This document shows positions 11,578-25,114 of a DNA stretch of 64,000 nucleotides, in pieces. Made by a program: the position numbers and the translations under genes. The notes below the pieces were generated by a model. That model was not told the origin of the DNA and made no database searches. It saw only the letters and a program-made list of their open reading frames with translations. Origin of the DNA: Amoebophrya sp. A120 (taxonomy: Eukaryota; Protista; Dinoflagellata); assembly GCA_905178155.1 (NCBI GenBank), contig CAJINV010000001.1, positions 7,547,506-7,611,505 on the forward strand, given 5' to 3'. Position 1 is the first letter of the stretch; the number at the start of each line of letters is the position of its first letter.

Positions 11578-14500
11578 ATGTCAACCGCCAGCACGCGATC
11601 GTCCCGATTACCTTTGCTCGGTGTGGAGATCATGGCTGATGTCGGCGCGGGCAAAATCCAGCCGAAGTGGCTCGTGCTCGCCGGGATGGGATCGTTTTAC
11701 GCAATCCGAACAGCGGTCCTCTACTACTACAGGAAAAAGCAGAAGCGAGCATTTGAGGACCTTCGAACGCAATTCCTGATCGAAAGATTGTCGCGGCTAC
11801 GACAAGTGATTTCAAAACACGGCCTGCACGAAAAATTCACGCGCGAGGAGGAAGCAATCCTCAAAGCCCTGCAGGAGGATAGCGCGAACGATGCGACGAG
11901 TGCTATTATTGCGACAGGGGGTTCATCTTCCGGACCTACGAGACAAAACTCCACTGCCAAGAAGGCAAAAAGCAAAAAGTCTTTCTGCAAGGAGATTCGA
12001 ACGCTCTTGCAGAAGAAGTCCGTAACGGTCGCGCAGATCACGCGCGTTTTCCTGAAGGAACTAGTGAGGAAGTGCGGGCCGCCAGATTTGATGTTTTCGG
12101 AACAAACTACACCAGTTGTAACACGGGCCGACACTTTCCTGCATTTGAATCACTTCACCGAGCTGTGCGCGGATGAGGCGCTGAAGAATGCGAGGGCATG
12201 GGATCACGCGATTCGAAAGACTCCGGAAATTCTTAATGACGTGAGTCGATACCCGCTGCTCGGAGTGCCAATAAGTGTGAAGGACCAGTTTCGCGTGTGC
12301 GGGTCCATGTTTGAGCAGGGCTGCACCTTCGGCGGTTTGGGGCGGTTTTTGGTCCACGCAAGTAGCACAGCTACGTCCACCAGCGCAGGAGTACTTCCAC
12401 CACGGTGGACGAGCTCCTCGAACACTGGCAAATCTTCTCCTGGTGGTGGTGGAACAAGAGCGACGGGCTCCAGTTTTTCTCTTTTATCCTCATCACAGAC
12501 GCTGCAGGAGGCTCCGTGCGTGAAGGTGCTGAAACAGGCTGGGGCGATTGTGGTCGCTCGCGGAAATGTGCCGCAGATGATGTTTTCGTTTGAGTCCAGC
12601 AACCCGATTTTCGGCGAGTCGCACAACGCGAGCCAGCTCGGCCGGAGTTGCGGGGGCTCCTCCGCCGGGGACGCAGGAATGATTGCTGCCGGTGCGGTTT
12701 TCGGCACGATTGGCACCGACGTCGCGGGCTCTCTGCGCGTACCCGCCGCCTTCTCGGGCATTGTGGGGTTCAAACCGACGTCGCGGCGCCTGAACCTGTA
12801 CCAAAGTTCTAACGCCCCGGGCATGGGCCGGGAGTTCGGTGCGCCGTTGTTGGTGCCCGCGGTCTTTGGCCCAATGGCCCGACGCGTGGCGGATCTCGAG
12901 CTGTTCATGCGAGCATGGTATTTTTGGAACACTGGAATCATGTGGCGTCTGCTTTCTGTTTTTTCATATCCTATTATTTAAAACTACACCAGCGGCCTAT
13001 TGAGGTTGAATACAGACAGTTGTGAGTACTAGAGTGAATCGCCACGATGGGCCAGCAGGAGAGAAAGGCACTGAAATGTTTATCACAATTCACTAAACCA
13101 GGCTAAGCCCGCCCGCAAGGAAGATCGCGAGAAAGCAGGCCGGGGAGGAGCTTGCTCCGTTCACCTTCGCACTCGGGCAACAGACAAACCCGAATACCTC
13201 GACACCGCGCAGCGAGCGTTCCTCCCGAGTCACCGGGTTTGACCACATCGAGCAACGAAACTCCCTGGAGGACGAGAACGTCACCGACGTCGTGCGCGTC
13301 CTACCGAAGAGAATTTTCGCGTTTGACCGCACCCTTCCGCGGCTGCACTGGAAACCCTACTCCCAGCTGAAGATTCGGACGAGCCGGCTGCGCATCGGGT
13401 TCTTCGTGCAGAGTGGGTTTTTCGCCCCGTGCGAGACGTCACTACGCGGGATGAAGGAGGCGCTGCACGCGTTGCGGCAAGCGGGACATGAAATCGTGCC
13501 CTTTGACATTTCCGCGGAGTTGTCGGGCCGCGAGGTCTTGCGCATCTTCCTCAATCTCACGGTGGGCGAGGGCGACCTGCACAGTCTGCAAAAGCCGCTG
13601 CTCCCCGGGGAGCAGTTACCGCGAGACTACGACTACTTACATTTCGCAACCAAACTCCCGCCCTTGCCACGAATGCTTGCCCAGTTCGTGCTGCGGCACT
13701 TTTATCAGGAGGAGCGCGCGGCGTTTCTGCTTTCGTTGTTCCGACGTAGGAAGGGGAACACGCAGACGCAGAGGGAGCTCTTCGACTCGACGTGTGATTC
13801 GCTGAAAAAGTTTCGCGACGCGTTCGCCTTGCAGTACCAGAGAAAGCACCTGGACTGCGTAATTTTTCCGACCGCGCCCTTCCCGGCCTGGCTGCACGGG
13901 CAGGGGTGCGAGCTGTCCGCCGCACTGGCGTCCTACACCTGTTACGCGAACCTGCTGCAGTGGCCTTGTGGGTCGGTCCCGGTCGCGACGGTGCGCAGTC
14001 CGAGCAGTGTGTACTATGGGGACCACGGTGGAGCAGGCGGATCGGCGAACGCGACAGATGCGGCCGACGTGAGCCATCCGCTAGCGTCAATGGTCGACGA
14101 AGAGGTGTACAGCCCCGATCTGAAGGCGAAAAACAGCAGTGTCCTCAGTAAACACTCTGTTCTATCATCCCGAGAGGAAAGCAGCAACGTCACGACCTCG
14201 TCCCGCGTGCCCGACTTTATAGACCGCGCGGCGCAGAAGTGTCTCGAGAACAGCGCGGGGCTGTCGGTTTCAGTGCAGGTCATGTGCCGGGAGTGGGAGG
14301 ATGAAAAGTGTCTGGCCATTATGCAGGAATTGGAGCGTGTGGTGGCGGAGAAAGTTCTGCAAAAGAGTGGAAATAAACCGAATACCAGTCCTCGAACGAG
14401 AAGCGCCAAACTGAACGAGCGACGGCGTCGCACCAATTCGGCGAGAAGGCGAAGTAGAACTGTGTCCGCGACGCGGTCGTTTGAAAGAGCCATGTCCGCG

Positions 14501-14653
14501 GTCAGTTCGCGGCGCGGAAACAGTTCGCGTTTGACACCTTCCCCGACGAGGAAGCGCGCGGTTAGTGACAGGTCTCTTAGGGCGACTTCCAGGTCTAGCC
14601 CGGTAAGCGGACGGACAGCCACCTCGGGAAGGAAGAAGAACGCGAAAAAATAA
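11578..14653 (+). CDS. Amidase-signature family (FAAH-like) protein, 2 exons (intron 12918-13101)
   Basis: PLLGVPISVKD, GGSSAGDA and GTDVAGSLRVPAAFSGIVGFKPT (Lys-cisSer-Ser triad); the GT-AG intron joins ORFs 11578 and 13292 in frame. Confidence 0.92.
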
Positions 14654-15317
14654 ACGCGACGGTGTGACTGATCGTTATTACCGTAGTCTGAGCCTGCACG
14701 CGAAAAGAATTCACCAAGAAGGACCACACTAAGCGATCGGAACCACTTTTCCTAATGCGAGCGTATGATTTGCTCATTTGTTTCGATGAGAGTCAATCTC
14801 AAAAATGTGTTCGATACGCAGCTCCGATGCTTGAGAGTTTTGAAAGCCAATACTGCACCTCGGTTTTTTTTACAGAAGTTTCCTGCGCTGTTTCGTATAG
14901 CATGCGAGCTTCAGAGCGCTGATAATTACTTCGAGTGGACCGTTGAAGCACAAAATAAAAGCAGGATTGGCGACACCCCCGATTTACTGGATGGCGTAAT
15001 TTGAACTGTGGTAAATTTTTCTATTGCTGGAAGGAAAACCAAAACTTTCAGTTTGAAGTGCATACACTTTGTCATTTTGCTGCAGAGCTGTCGCGTATAG
15101 CGTCTGTCTCACCACCCCGATGGTCAGTCTACTTGTTCCAAGAAATGTTAAAGCGATATTTTCGAATTTCGCTTCCTCTTTCTTCAAAGGCGGGCCGGAC
15201 AAAATTGATCCAGTCCGATAAGATGGCGAACGCTTGAGGTTTGTGTCCATCGATTGCTCGGATTAAAATTGGCGGCTGTGTCGTGGTTGTAGAACTCGAC
15301 AGCTACTTCGTTTTGCC

Positions 15318-17500
15318 ATGATCAGGCACGCGAAGGCCCCGGACCGGATGCGCATACGGCGCAGACCGGTGAAGGGGAGAAAAGAAGGCGAGGAGAGCGC
15401 CCCGACAACTCCTGCTACGCCGATGGATCACGGGGGATCTGCGTATGATGACGAACAGCTCTACATGTCACCGCGCTTGAACCAACAAGCAATCGAGAGA
15501 TTCGAAAAGTTCGGGCGCGCAACAGAGGTTTGGAACATTTTTGGTTGAAGCAATACGTGACGTTGATGTTCAGGATGCTAGTGATTAGATTGATAGGATC
15601 ATAAGTATGTTGAACCACCACTGATCAGGATCAGTGCCCTTTTTTGTACGACTAACCTTTTGTCGGAGTCGAGGTTTATTCCACCTGGAAAGCTATTAAA
15701 CAGAACTTCTTAGCGTTTATGGAGAATTTGGAAAAGGCCGTATCTACCGACGAGGAGGAGCAAGAGATGCAGGAAGAGGTGGCCGATGTTGCGGTCACCG
15801 TGGATGGCGAGAATGCGCCGGGGGAAAAGACACAAGACACGACAAGCAGCACCACCTCCAGCCGGGGACGTGCGGCGGAACCACCGACCACGAAAGTGTC
15901 TCCGGAGATCGCGACGGTATCCAGACCGCGCTCGAGCTCTGAACAGCTGCGCCGGGCGATCAGCAAGGACTCCGATAGTAGCAAGGAGCAAGTGCCCGTG
16001 GTCGCCTCGGAGTCCGGAGCGACGGTTCCCGACAGCTCATCGGGGATTCCGCGCGACAATTCTAAAGCAGACTCGGAGGGCTCCAGAGGCAGGGCCGCGG
16101 AGAACATCAAACCAAGTGGCACGTCTTCGCCCCAGCAAGGGCAGCGGCGACACTCCGCACCGGCCTTCATTCGGACCACTTCGCAGGTTCTCATGGAGAA
16201 GCTGAAGGCACAGGGCGAGAAGGCCACGAAGGGGAAGAACAAGCGACAGCTTGTATTCGGCGGGAAGGCCGTGGTGGACGACAGCACTCACGACATTCCG
16301 CAGTTGCGGAAACAGTCCGCCAAGGACGCGCTGCGCGCCCTCCGAACGCACTTGGCGAAGGCGAAGCCGGAAGACATCACCAACGGCCGGGCCTTGGTGG
16401 AACTGCTTTTCGGCGCAGTGGCAGAGGTGGTGCAGACGAACCTGGAGGACGACAGCACGCAGGATTGGTACCGCAAGACGGCGGGGATGCACACCGTGCA
16501 AAAGTGGCTGGAAAACTACCAGAAGCACCCGTACGGGTGGGGCGCGCTCATGATGATCCACGGCACCGACGAGGTTTGCTTCCGGCTGCGCACAAAGGTG
16601 GAGAACTACGCGGTCTACGCGGCTCTGTTTCTCAGCGCCAGCATCGTCCTCATACTAGCGCCCCAGGATTCCGTTGGATCGCTCTGCGAAAAGGCGAACT
16701 CGGAAAAACTTCGTTCAGAAGGTATGGTTGAGGAGCTTTATTTCGACCTTTTTGTTTTTCATTTTTTTTTCCGTTGGTCAAGCGGAATTGATGCTCTATT
16801 TCTTTTTTTGAGAGCTTTAGGAGCTGAAATGTAGATGTCCATAGCACAAAAATCAGGTGATCCGTTTTGGTGGGTGTGTCACATGCAGCAGAGGATTTAT
16901 TTCTACTCACTGGCGGGAGCGACCTGTTCGCACGTGTTGGCTATTCTGCTCGCAATGGCCTTCATCAACGCCTTCAACGAAGCAGGTACCGCTTTTCGTC
17001 GCCTTTTGTTTCGTGAAACCTATTTTTGCAACAGAAAAATTAGTTTGCGACGATGTAGTGTCAACTGCCCGTCGTCTTGCGTGAGCCGAAACTATCTTTC
17101 AAAAACAGGGCGCGACTGCGACATTATCCGGATGTTCGGCGAGGGCAAGGGTTACCTTGCCACGGTGAAGTGCGAAAAAGCGTTTACCTACGGCCTTTGC
17201 CTCCTCTTCCTGGCACTTTTCGACGCGGTGTGGATTTTCTTGAGCATATTCGACGCGGTGGGGCTGTTCCTGGTTTTGGGCTTCGTCTGCTACTACGGGG
17301 TGTACAAGGAAACCGTGAAGCTGCTCTTCGAATCCTCCTCCATAATGTGGTACTGGCGCTGGGGCCGGGGCCACGCGTCCGGCCGGGACCCGTTTGTGTT
17401 GTCCCTGCCCATCGAAAGGCTACAGCAGAAGACCGCGGTGTCCCGACTCATGCACGCACAGCTCGTCGACGACGTCGAAAATATTTGGAACATCACTTGA
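15318..17500 (+). CDS. Hypothetical membrane protein with a long low-complexity N-terminus and about 4 C-terminal TM helices; 4 exons
   Basis: GT-AG introns 15528-15673, 16722-16856 and 16986-17108 join the ORFs in frame. Confidence 0.75.
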
Positions 17501-18101
17501 GGAAGTGATTGAATTATTACTTTTTGGAAAATTGATTTGGAATTGTTAACACTGTACAATCATTTCTTTGTCAAGACAACCACGATGACAACTCAAGCTG
17601 CATTCGTGGTGCACGAACACCAAATCCATGTACGATTCTTGGACAAAAATTTGAAAAACATGCACACCTTTTTTTGGCAAATGAAAGATTCGTGCAAGAA
17701 ATAATGCATCTATCATTGTTTCTCTCGTCAACCTACCCCGACCCTGTACACGAAGAGAAACCACTACCCGAGGTATGGTTTCCCATTTTGCGGTTCTCGG
17801 ACTGCGCACCTCTCCCCCGATTTTCTCACCTATCGGCTTGGAAAAATCCGGCGCAGAATCATTTTCGGAATTTTTTCGTGTTCGCGGTCGGTTCTCTACT
17901 TGTTTCATGGGTAGGCTTACTGAAATGGAACCTCGCAAGGGTGATCTGCAAAGGCTGATGCACAGCTCAACCAGGAAACAGTTCTCAGAAAGATCCACAC
18001 GGAAACACTACACACCTCTGAAGTTAGTTTTCGTTCTCCTGCGTTGCATGAACTACTTGGGAGTGACCTTGCGATGAGGTACTAACCAAGGGTATTAAAA
18101 G

Positions 18102-20552
18102 ATGCTGAAAGCACTATTCGAAAACCCGCAACTGGTGCTGCGACGGGATATCATTATTCCGTTGACGACGTACCTGCACGACGTGGAAGTATACCTTCTG
18201 CGCGTGCGCGGCGGAGTGCTCTCGCGCTACGGCAAGCAGTTGCAGGGGCTCTCACCTGAAACTGCCGCGGGTCTGCTCGTCCTTGGTGTCGCAACGCTCC
18301 TCTACATCCTGATAACGCTACTCCGATGGCGCCGAGTATCACGATTGATGGAACCGGCATGGCGGTTAGTTGCGAAGCGCGACGCGCAACTGGTGAAGTC
18401 GCGCAGGCTCTTGGTGGACGAGCAAACGCCTGCGTCTGCCGATATAATGGAGACTAGCGGAGGAAAAGCGGCATCGTCAACGAAGATGAAGTCAGCGATG
18501 AAGGCGGTGCCGAAGTCTTCCGCTGCACAGAGGGCGAAATCAACTTCGCGATCGCGAAGTTCCTCATCCAGAAAAAATAGCAATAATGATCAAGAAATCC
18601 TAGGGGCAGCTGAAAATCCATTACAGGTGAGCCCAAATGACGCCGAAATCATCAATCCATCGGGGAAAAAGTCCAGTCCTACGACCGCAACCGCCGGAGG
18701 GTCTTCCTCCTCCTCTTCTTTTCAGCCGAAAACGGCCGACGGAAAAACTCGCCGATCGGTGGAGAGCATCCGCAAGCTTCTCGTGCGCAAGCAGGCCACG
18801 GTGGAGCAGATCGTGCGCGCATATTGCAAACAGCTGCTGTTAGAGTGCGGCCCGGACAAACTCAACTCCTTCACCGAGGAGATGGTGGCCGCCGCAGTGG
18901 AGGAGGCGCAGGAATGGGACGCGAAAATTGCGGAGCACGGCAAGGAAATCCTTTTGGACATCGAGAACTACCCCTTGCTCGGCGTACCGGTCTCGGTCAA
19001 GGACTGCATAGCTGTGAAAGACTGCCACACCACCTACGGCGGTCTCGCGCGGTGCTGCGCCGAACCGGCGAGCGCGGACAACGTGCTTGTGCAGTGCATT
19101 CGGGCGGCTGGGGGAATCCCGATCGCGAGGGGGAACTGTCCCCAGCTCCTCATGCTCGCAGAGTCGAACAACGACGTGTGGGGGTGCAGCCAAAATCCCT
19201 GGGACCCCACGCGGTGTTCCGGAGGAAGCAGCGGCGGCGATGCCGCGCTTGTGGCCGCCAATGCGGTCGTGATCGGATATGGTATGATGTTCAGGAAAAT
19301 GAAATCATTTTCCGCGCCGATTGAAGGTTGGAGATCGATGATGAAATAGAGCGTCCTAGTGTAAGTGATGAAGGAATGTTGAAACTACACAATGAAAAAA
19401 AAAGCGAACAGATTTACTCCCCAAACAGGCACAGACATCGGTGGATCTGTGCGGATTCCCGCTGCGTTCACGGGCCTCGTCGGCTTTAAGCCGACGTCTC
19501 AGCGGCTGAACGCTTCGCACCGCACCAGCGGTCCCAGTGTGCGCGAATACGGCTCGCAGCTATACATTCCCGGAGTCCCCGGCGTCATGGGGAATTGCTG
19601 CGACGACGTGGAAGCGGGGATGTATGCGCTGCTGTACGATTTCAAAACGCGCAAATCGCTGTACGACCTGGATCGCTGCATTCCGAAACAGGGCTGGCGC
19701 CCGGTCGACGTGGATGCCGAAGCGGACACCCTGCGGATCGGATATGTCCTGAACGACCGGTTCCTGGAACCGTGCAAAACCTCGAAGCGTGCGATGGAGC
19801 GCACGCTGGCGGCATTGAAGAAAGCTGGGCACGAGCTGGTTCCATTTTTTCCAGGTCAGCAGGCCGAAATGCCCGAACCGGACGCAGACGACCCGCTGTC
19901 GATTTGGCGGGCGTACAAGCTGTACTGCGGCCTGTTCGCAGACGGCAACATGTACGGGTTCAAGCACAACGGACTACAGGGCCAGCCCTTGTTCCGGGAC
20001 TACGCCACGATGTCGCTTGCCGCTAGTATACCCGAGGCGTTTGGGTTGCGCAAAATCATCCTCACCGTGCTTCGGTACGTGCTGTGTGAAAAACGAAAGG
20101 CCCACGCCTTCTCGGGCGTGACCCGCAGCCCTCGAAGCGTCCGGGAATTTTGGAACGTGTACACGAACGGACAGCGGGACTTTCAGGACAAGTGGCTGAA
20201 AAACTACGAGGATTTAAAGTTGGACTGCCTGATATACCCCTGTGTCCCCATTCCCGCGTTCCCGCACGGGGTGGGCAAGACGCTGGTCCTGGTGCAGAGC
20301 TACACGTGGATCTTCAACCTGCTCAAGTGGCCCTGCGGCACCATTCCGGCGGCCTACGTTCGAGAGGACGAACAAGAGTACGCGCCGGCCTTGTTCCCGA
20401 ACGACTCACTGTCCAAAGCAGTGCGCCACAGCATGAAGCGCAGTCGGGGACTGCCGGTGGGCGTGCAGGTTGCGTGTCCCGAGTACGAAGACGAAAAGTG
20501 CTTGCACATTATGACGTACCTCGAAAAGCTGTTAGCCAAAGAGAGAAAATGA
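18102..20552 (+). CDS. Second amidase-signature family (FAAH-like) protein, 2 exons (intron 19282-19428)
   Basis: PLLGVPVSVKD, GGSSGGDA and G|TDIGGSVRIPAAFTGLVGFKPT; N-terminal TM anchor. Confidence 0.93.
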
Positions 20553-21159
20553 ATACCTACCTATGCGCAACTGTTTTTTCATCTGGGCCGAAACGGAAAA
20601 ACGCAATCAATCGCAAAACATATGTAGAAGATAGTCCTGTTGGAGGTTCGCTTCTGCAAAGCGAAAGGGTCGTTTTCGAAGGGTCGTTGCTTAAGTTGCT
20701 TTTGTCCCGATGTTCTTGAATCCATCTGTCTCCGTCATGACGTCGTCTGGGGTGCTGCAATTGATACCGTACAGTGAAACAAGCAAGGCTTTTTTGATGA
20801 GACTAGTCTACAATGCTGCGTGCGAAACGAACGCGAAGCGCATCATAGCGTCCGTCTCGAGCGTTATACCGGACACCTCTCTAAGTAATGCAGCTAGAAG
20901 CATTAATGCGACTTCTGAACCAAAAGCATAATAACGAACATTACAAATTCCGAATCTTATTGAAAAATCAGGCAGGCGTTTTTTGTTTGAAGAATTTGGT
21001 AGGGTTTCCATTTCGATTTTTTCAACCTGGTATAATCTATGTTTGGGACGCGTATAATTGTTCTCGCCACACAAAAGCACTCATTGCAAAGCTAGTCTAC
21101 ACTTCAACAGCACTGCACACGCTTGGAAATCTTAGAGTACAACTACACTTTGGCACCCA

Positions 21160-22782
21160 ATGGCCGGCGGGCGGAACCAGACGCCAAAGGCGCGCGGGAG
21201 CGCCACCAAGACGGCGAAGAAGCTCGCGAGCGAGGCGAAGGAGCCGAAGGCCGACATGGGATCGAGCAGCGGGTTGAGCGAAAACGAGGACGGCAGCACC
21301 GGCGGCACGCTGAACGGCAGAAGTAAGATTCGGGGTTTTTTCATGACCAGTGAGGGCGCGCGATCGCTGGCCCTGTACGAGTACCACAGCGCGCCGCTGT
21401 CTGCCATCGACCGCGTGTTGAACCCCTACTGGACGCTCGCCGCCTCGGTCATCCCGAACTGGATTTCCCCCAACATGGTGACGTTCCTCGGTCTGTGCGC
21501 GCAATTCTCCGCCTTCGTGCTCGGGATCGTGCACGACCTCGGGTATCTGCTGCAGTTTGTCGTCTCCCTCACGGAGTCGATCCCCCTACTCCAGGGTGCA
21601 GACATCACCACCATTTCCTACTGCCTCGACCTCTTCGTCTTTTACTACACCATGGCCTGCTTCGTCTTCTACCACGTGGCGGACGCGGCGGACGGGAAGC
21701 ACGCCCGCAACACCGGGCAGAGCACCCCGCTCGGCGCCCTGGTGGACCACGGCTGCGACGCCTGGTCGGTGCTCTGCGTGTTCAACTGCGCGCTGAGTGC
21801 GATCTTCCGCAAACCGAACGCGCTCGCGGTTGCCAGTGTCGGGGGAACCGCAAAAACAGCAGCCGGCCTGTTCAACAACGACTTCAACCCGCGCACGCAC
21901 CCGCTGATGCCGTTGACGCTCATGTGCTACCACTTTGCGGTGTTCGCCTCCTTCTTCGTGGCCCAGTGGGCGCACTACCACACCGGCGTGCTGGACACGG
22001 CAAACGTGACCGAGGGGCAGATTGTCTACCTGCTGATGCTGTTCCTGCTCTCCTTCGCGACTCTGCGCCACTGGTCGCACTACTACACGGGGTACGAGGT
22101 GAAGGAGTACAACACGGAATTCATGACCTGGATCATCTGGGCCTCCATCGTCATCCCGCTCTACGTCACCTGCAACACGATGTGGATCGTGAAGAAGGCG
22201 AAGCGGTTCCGCCGCACCGCCGGTACGTTTCTCATCCCCTACGGCATCCACATGATCCAGTCGCTCTCCTTTCTGCGGATCCCGAACTTTTGGCAACAGC
22301 ACTTCTTCAAACTCATCGTTCTCATGTCGCTCACCGTGGTCTACATGAGCTTGCGGGCGATCGTGGCCCAGCTGTGCGCCACCAAAATTCCCAAGGTGTA
22401 CGCGGAGCTGCTGATCCCGGTGTCGATGCCCATCGCCGCCTACCATTTGCTGCTGAACAAGATGGTGCCGCAGGCGCTGCTGCAGTTCCTCCTCGGCGTG
22501 CCAGCGTTGAGGAAGGTGTTGAACAACCCGGTGGATCTGGGCGACAAGCTGATGTGGTGGTGCATCCTTTACACGTGCAGTCTGTCGCTCTTTTTCATGT
22601 TCGACGTGATCATGACCATCTGCCGGACGCTGCACATTCCCTTCCTCGCCCCCCTGCGGAAGCCGTGGCGAAAAACCAACTTCGAGCTGGCCGACCGGTT
22701 CACGGCCGCAGAAACCGAATCGGCCGCCAGCCGCGCGGGCAAGGCCGCCAGTGGTCCCTCCTCGCCGAAGAAAAACAAGTAG
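21160..22782 (+). CDS. CDP-alcohol phosphatidyltransferase (choline/ethanolamine phosphotransferase, CEPT/EPT-like)
   Basis: PNWISPNMVT and DAADGKHARNTGQSTPLGALVDHGCD motifs; multiple TM helices; intronless. Confidence 0.95.
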   Translation: MAGGRNQTPKARGSATKTAKKLASEAKEPKADMGSSSGLSENEDGSTGGTLNGRSKIRGFFMTSEGARSLALYEYHSAPLSAIDRVLNPYWTLAASVIPNWISPNMVTFLGLCAQFSAFVLGIVHDLGYLLQFVVSLTESIPLLQGADITTISYCLDLFVFYYTMACFVFYHVADAADGKHARNTGQSTPLGALVDHGCDAWSVLCVFNCALSAIFRKPNALAVASVGGTAKTAAGLFNNDFNPRTHPLMPLTLMCYHFAVFASFFVAQWAHYHTGVLDTANVTEGQIVYLLMLFLLSFATLRHWSHYYTGYEVKEYNTEFMTWIIWASIVIPLYVTCNTMWIVKKAKRFRRTAGTFLIPYGIHMIQSLSFLRIPNFWQQHFFKLIVLMSLTVVYMSLRAIVAQLCATKIPKVYAELLIPVSMPIAAYHLLLNKMVPQALLQFLLGVPALRKVLNNPVDLGDKLMWWCILYTCSLSLFFMFDVIMTICRTLHIPFLAPLRKPWRKTNFELADRFTAAETESAASRAGKAASGPSSPKKNK

Positions 22783-25114
22783 AAGGAGCAGACTTTTGCG
22801 GAAGGAATTTCAGCACTGGAAAAAGTTTGTTGTCGTACATTCTTTTGGTTGCCGCAATGTGCGTTGTGCCACCTCCAAGGCGCGACATTTCATTGTTGCG
22901 TCTGCAGTGCTTTGAGTACGCTTTACGATTTTTCTAAACTACAAATTCATTGTACGCACATTCGGAGGTCATGAGTATCACAGCTCTTACTGCGGAACAG
23001 TTTGTCCACCAAAAGTACACCCTCCAATGCCTACTTTGCCGCCAAGAGGCGCGGTCGGACTTCGTCCGAGGTGTTAGCTCGGCGGCGTCTAATCCTCACG
23101 AACCACGGTCTCTATTTTCCGCCATGCAACTGTTTACAAAAATCTTGTATACCCGTAGCGCGTCCTCATTACTGCTTGCTCCTTCCCCTTCAGATGGTTT
23201 CGCGTGCCTTGTTGCTGTAGTGTCTTTGCGAACGTGTGCTGGGGCTGATGGTGTGTGTCCAGGTAGAAATTTCTACTCTTTTCACTCGACAGGCAGCTCT
23301 ACTTTCTTAGTGATTTGTGTGTACTGCCTTTACGTATAATCATCCGTTGATTGCCGCACATCAGATCATCGTCGTGCCGAGAAATATGGTTTTTGTTGTC
23401 CACATTAGGGGTAAGTATAGAGAAAATCCGTCGAAGAAGTTTACTCAGTTAGTAGTTGCAAACTACAGCATCCAACAAAGAAATTCTCTATCTACACCAT
23501 AGCCATCGAAATTTTAAAATTAAAATGTACATGTTGCTTTTGTGTCGTGTCTATAACAGAAGTCCTGCCTCCGCAGATGAAATTCGCTGCAATCAATGGT
23601 TTTCTTTAATAAAAAGCTTCAACTCATCTACGAGTTATCGGCCGCTGGTGTTTTCCATTGTCTTTTTCGCACATTTTTAAACCGCCACAGCGCACAGAAA
23701 TATCATAGACACAACCACTTCCACCTCTTGTTCTATGTCGTCGGCACAACTCGGGTGTGAGGATCATCGGAGAGAGAGAGCGATGTAGAGTTGTAGAATT
23801 CGATAACAACTATCGAAATGAGGTCTTCTTGCCGTACTTTATGAGTTGTCCGCCGATGCAGGCTTATTTCCATTGACATTTTGAACCCAAACGACGATGA
23901 GAATAGCAAAAAACGAATTGGGAAATCGATCGCAATACATAGGACGTTGTTGTGTTTCTATTGAACTTCGTTTCTTCGGAGTTTTTTTTCAAAAGGAGCA
24001 AGATGATCACGTTTTCTATGCCCCTTCCGAAGGCACCGAGTGCTACTGACGCGCCCGCCCCGACTAGGGCAGCAGACGAAAGCACGGAAATACGGAACGA
24101 GACCTGTCACTGCTGCACCTGTGGGCGCCTGCTGGGCGAGAAGGTTTCTCAGGTAAAATCGTGTGGCTTGTTGCTATTGCAGGCATACTCCTCTTGTCTT
24201 TGCCGTGCGATTTCATTCCTAGCGTTGCCGCGCATCACAGAGACAACAGCGAAAGCAAATCAATGGTCCTGCCAAACTTCAGGTAACGTCCGTCGCGGGC
24301 ACGAAGCAACTTATCGTGTGGCCTCCTGGAGGTGGGACGAAAAGACGGAAGCTGGAGCAGTGACACGATAAAATCAAGATTTTTTCAAAAAAAAGTATGC
24401 ATTCTTTAGCTGTCGATATTGATGAAAATTCAACTTGACGTTGTTTTGTGATACTGCAACTTTCGATGAAGAAATTTGAGAAACAATAAAACTAGACGTT
24501 TATTCTTTCGACCTTCGTGGACTTTTGAACTTCAACTTTTGGATGCCGGGAGGAGGAGGCCATCGTCATTGCTGGAGTCCCTGAATTCCTCCCATCCAGA
24601 CAGCAATGCACATATTTCTATGCGTGGCACCATTTATTTTGCGAAGAAAAATATCTTGCACGCTTGTCATTGTCTTTCTGTCTCTAAGCACCAGATTCAC
24701 TGAGGCCAATTATGCCGATGAGACTCTCATCTTCGGGTATGGTTTAGCTTTGACTCAGTATTCAACTCGTTTGTAGTTGTCACGTGCGTTATCGCTGTTT
24801 TTCGGAGAGCGAATTTTGTCAGAGTGTCACTCTGTGAAACTGTTTGCATCGAGAGGTAAAAAGAACCGAATTGCAGCTGCTCGGGTGTGGTCGCGTTGAG
24901 AGGTAAAAACCCTATGAACTTGCGAGGGGTTGTTTTTTCGGCTCTAGTTTTTATTTCGAGCGCGTGATGCAAATTTGCTCGTGAACAGACAGACAAGGAA
25001 GACACGGGAACCAGAAGCAACATCATATTTCACTTGTTGCAGCTTGAACCAAACAAAACGAGCGAAAGGAACTTGAATAAAATCGGTAGCGAAAGAACAG
25101 TACAAGATTTATCT

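Noticed and set aside
21495-22937. Long overlapping alternative-frame and antisense ORFs (also over tubulin, the amidases and 37914-39242)
   Set aside because: Expected shadows of GC3-rich coding sequence; no protein motifs
22950-25026. Short ORFs between the phosphotransferase and BT1 genes
   Set aside because: No motif, codon bias or consistent exon chain that I could support
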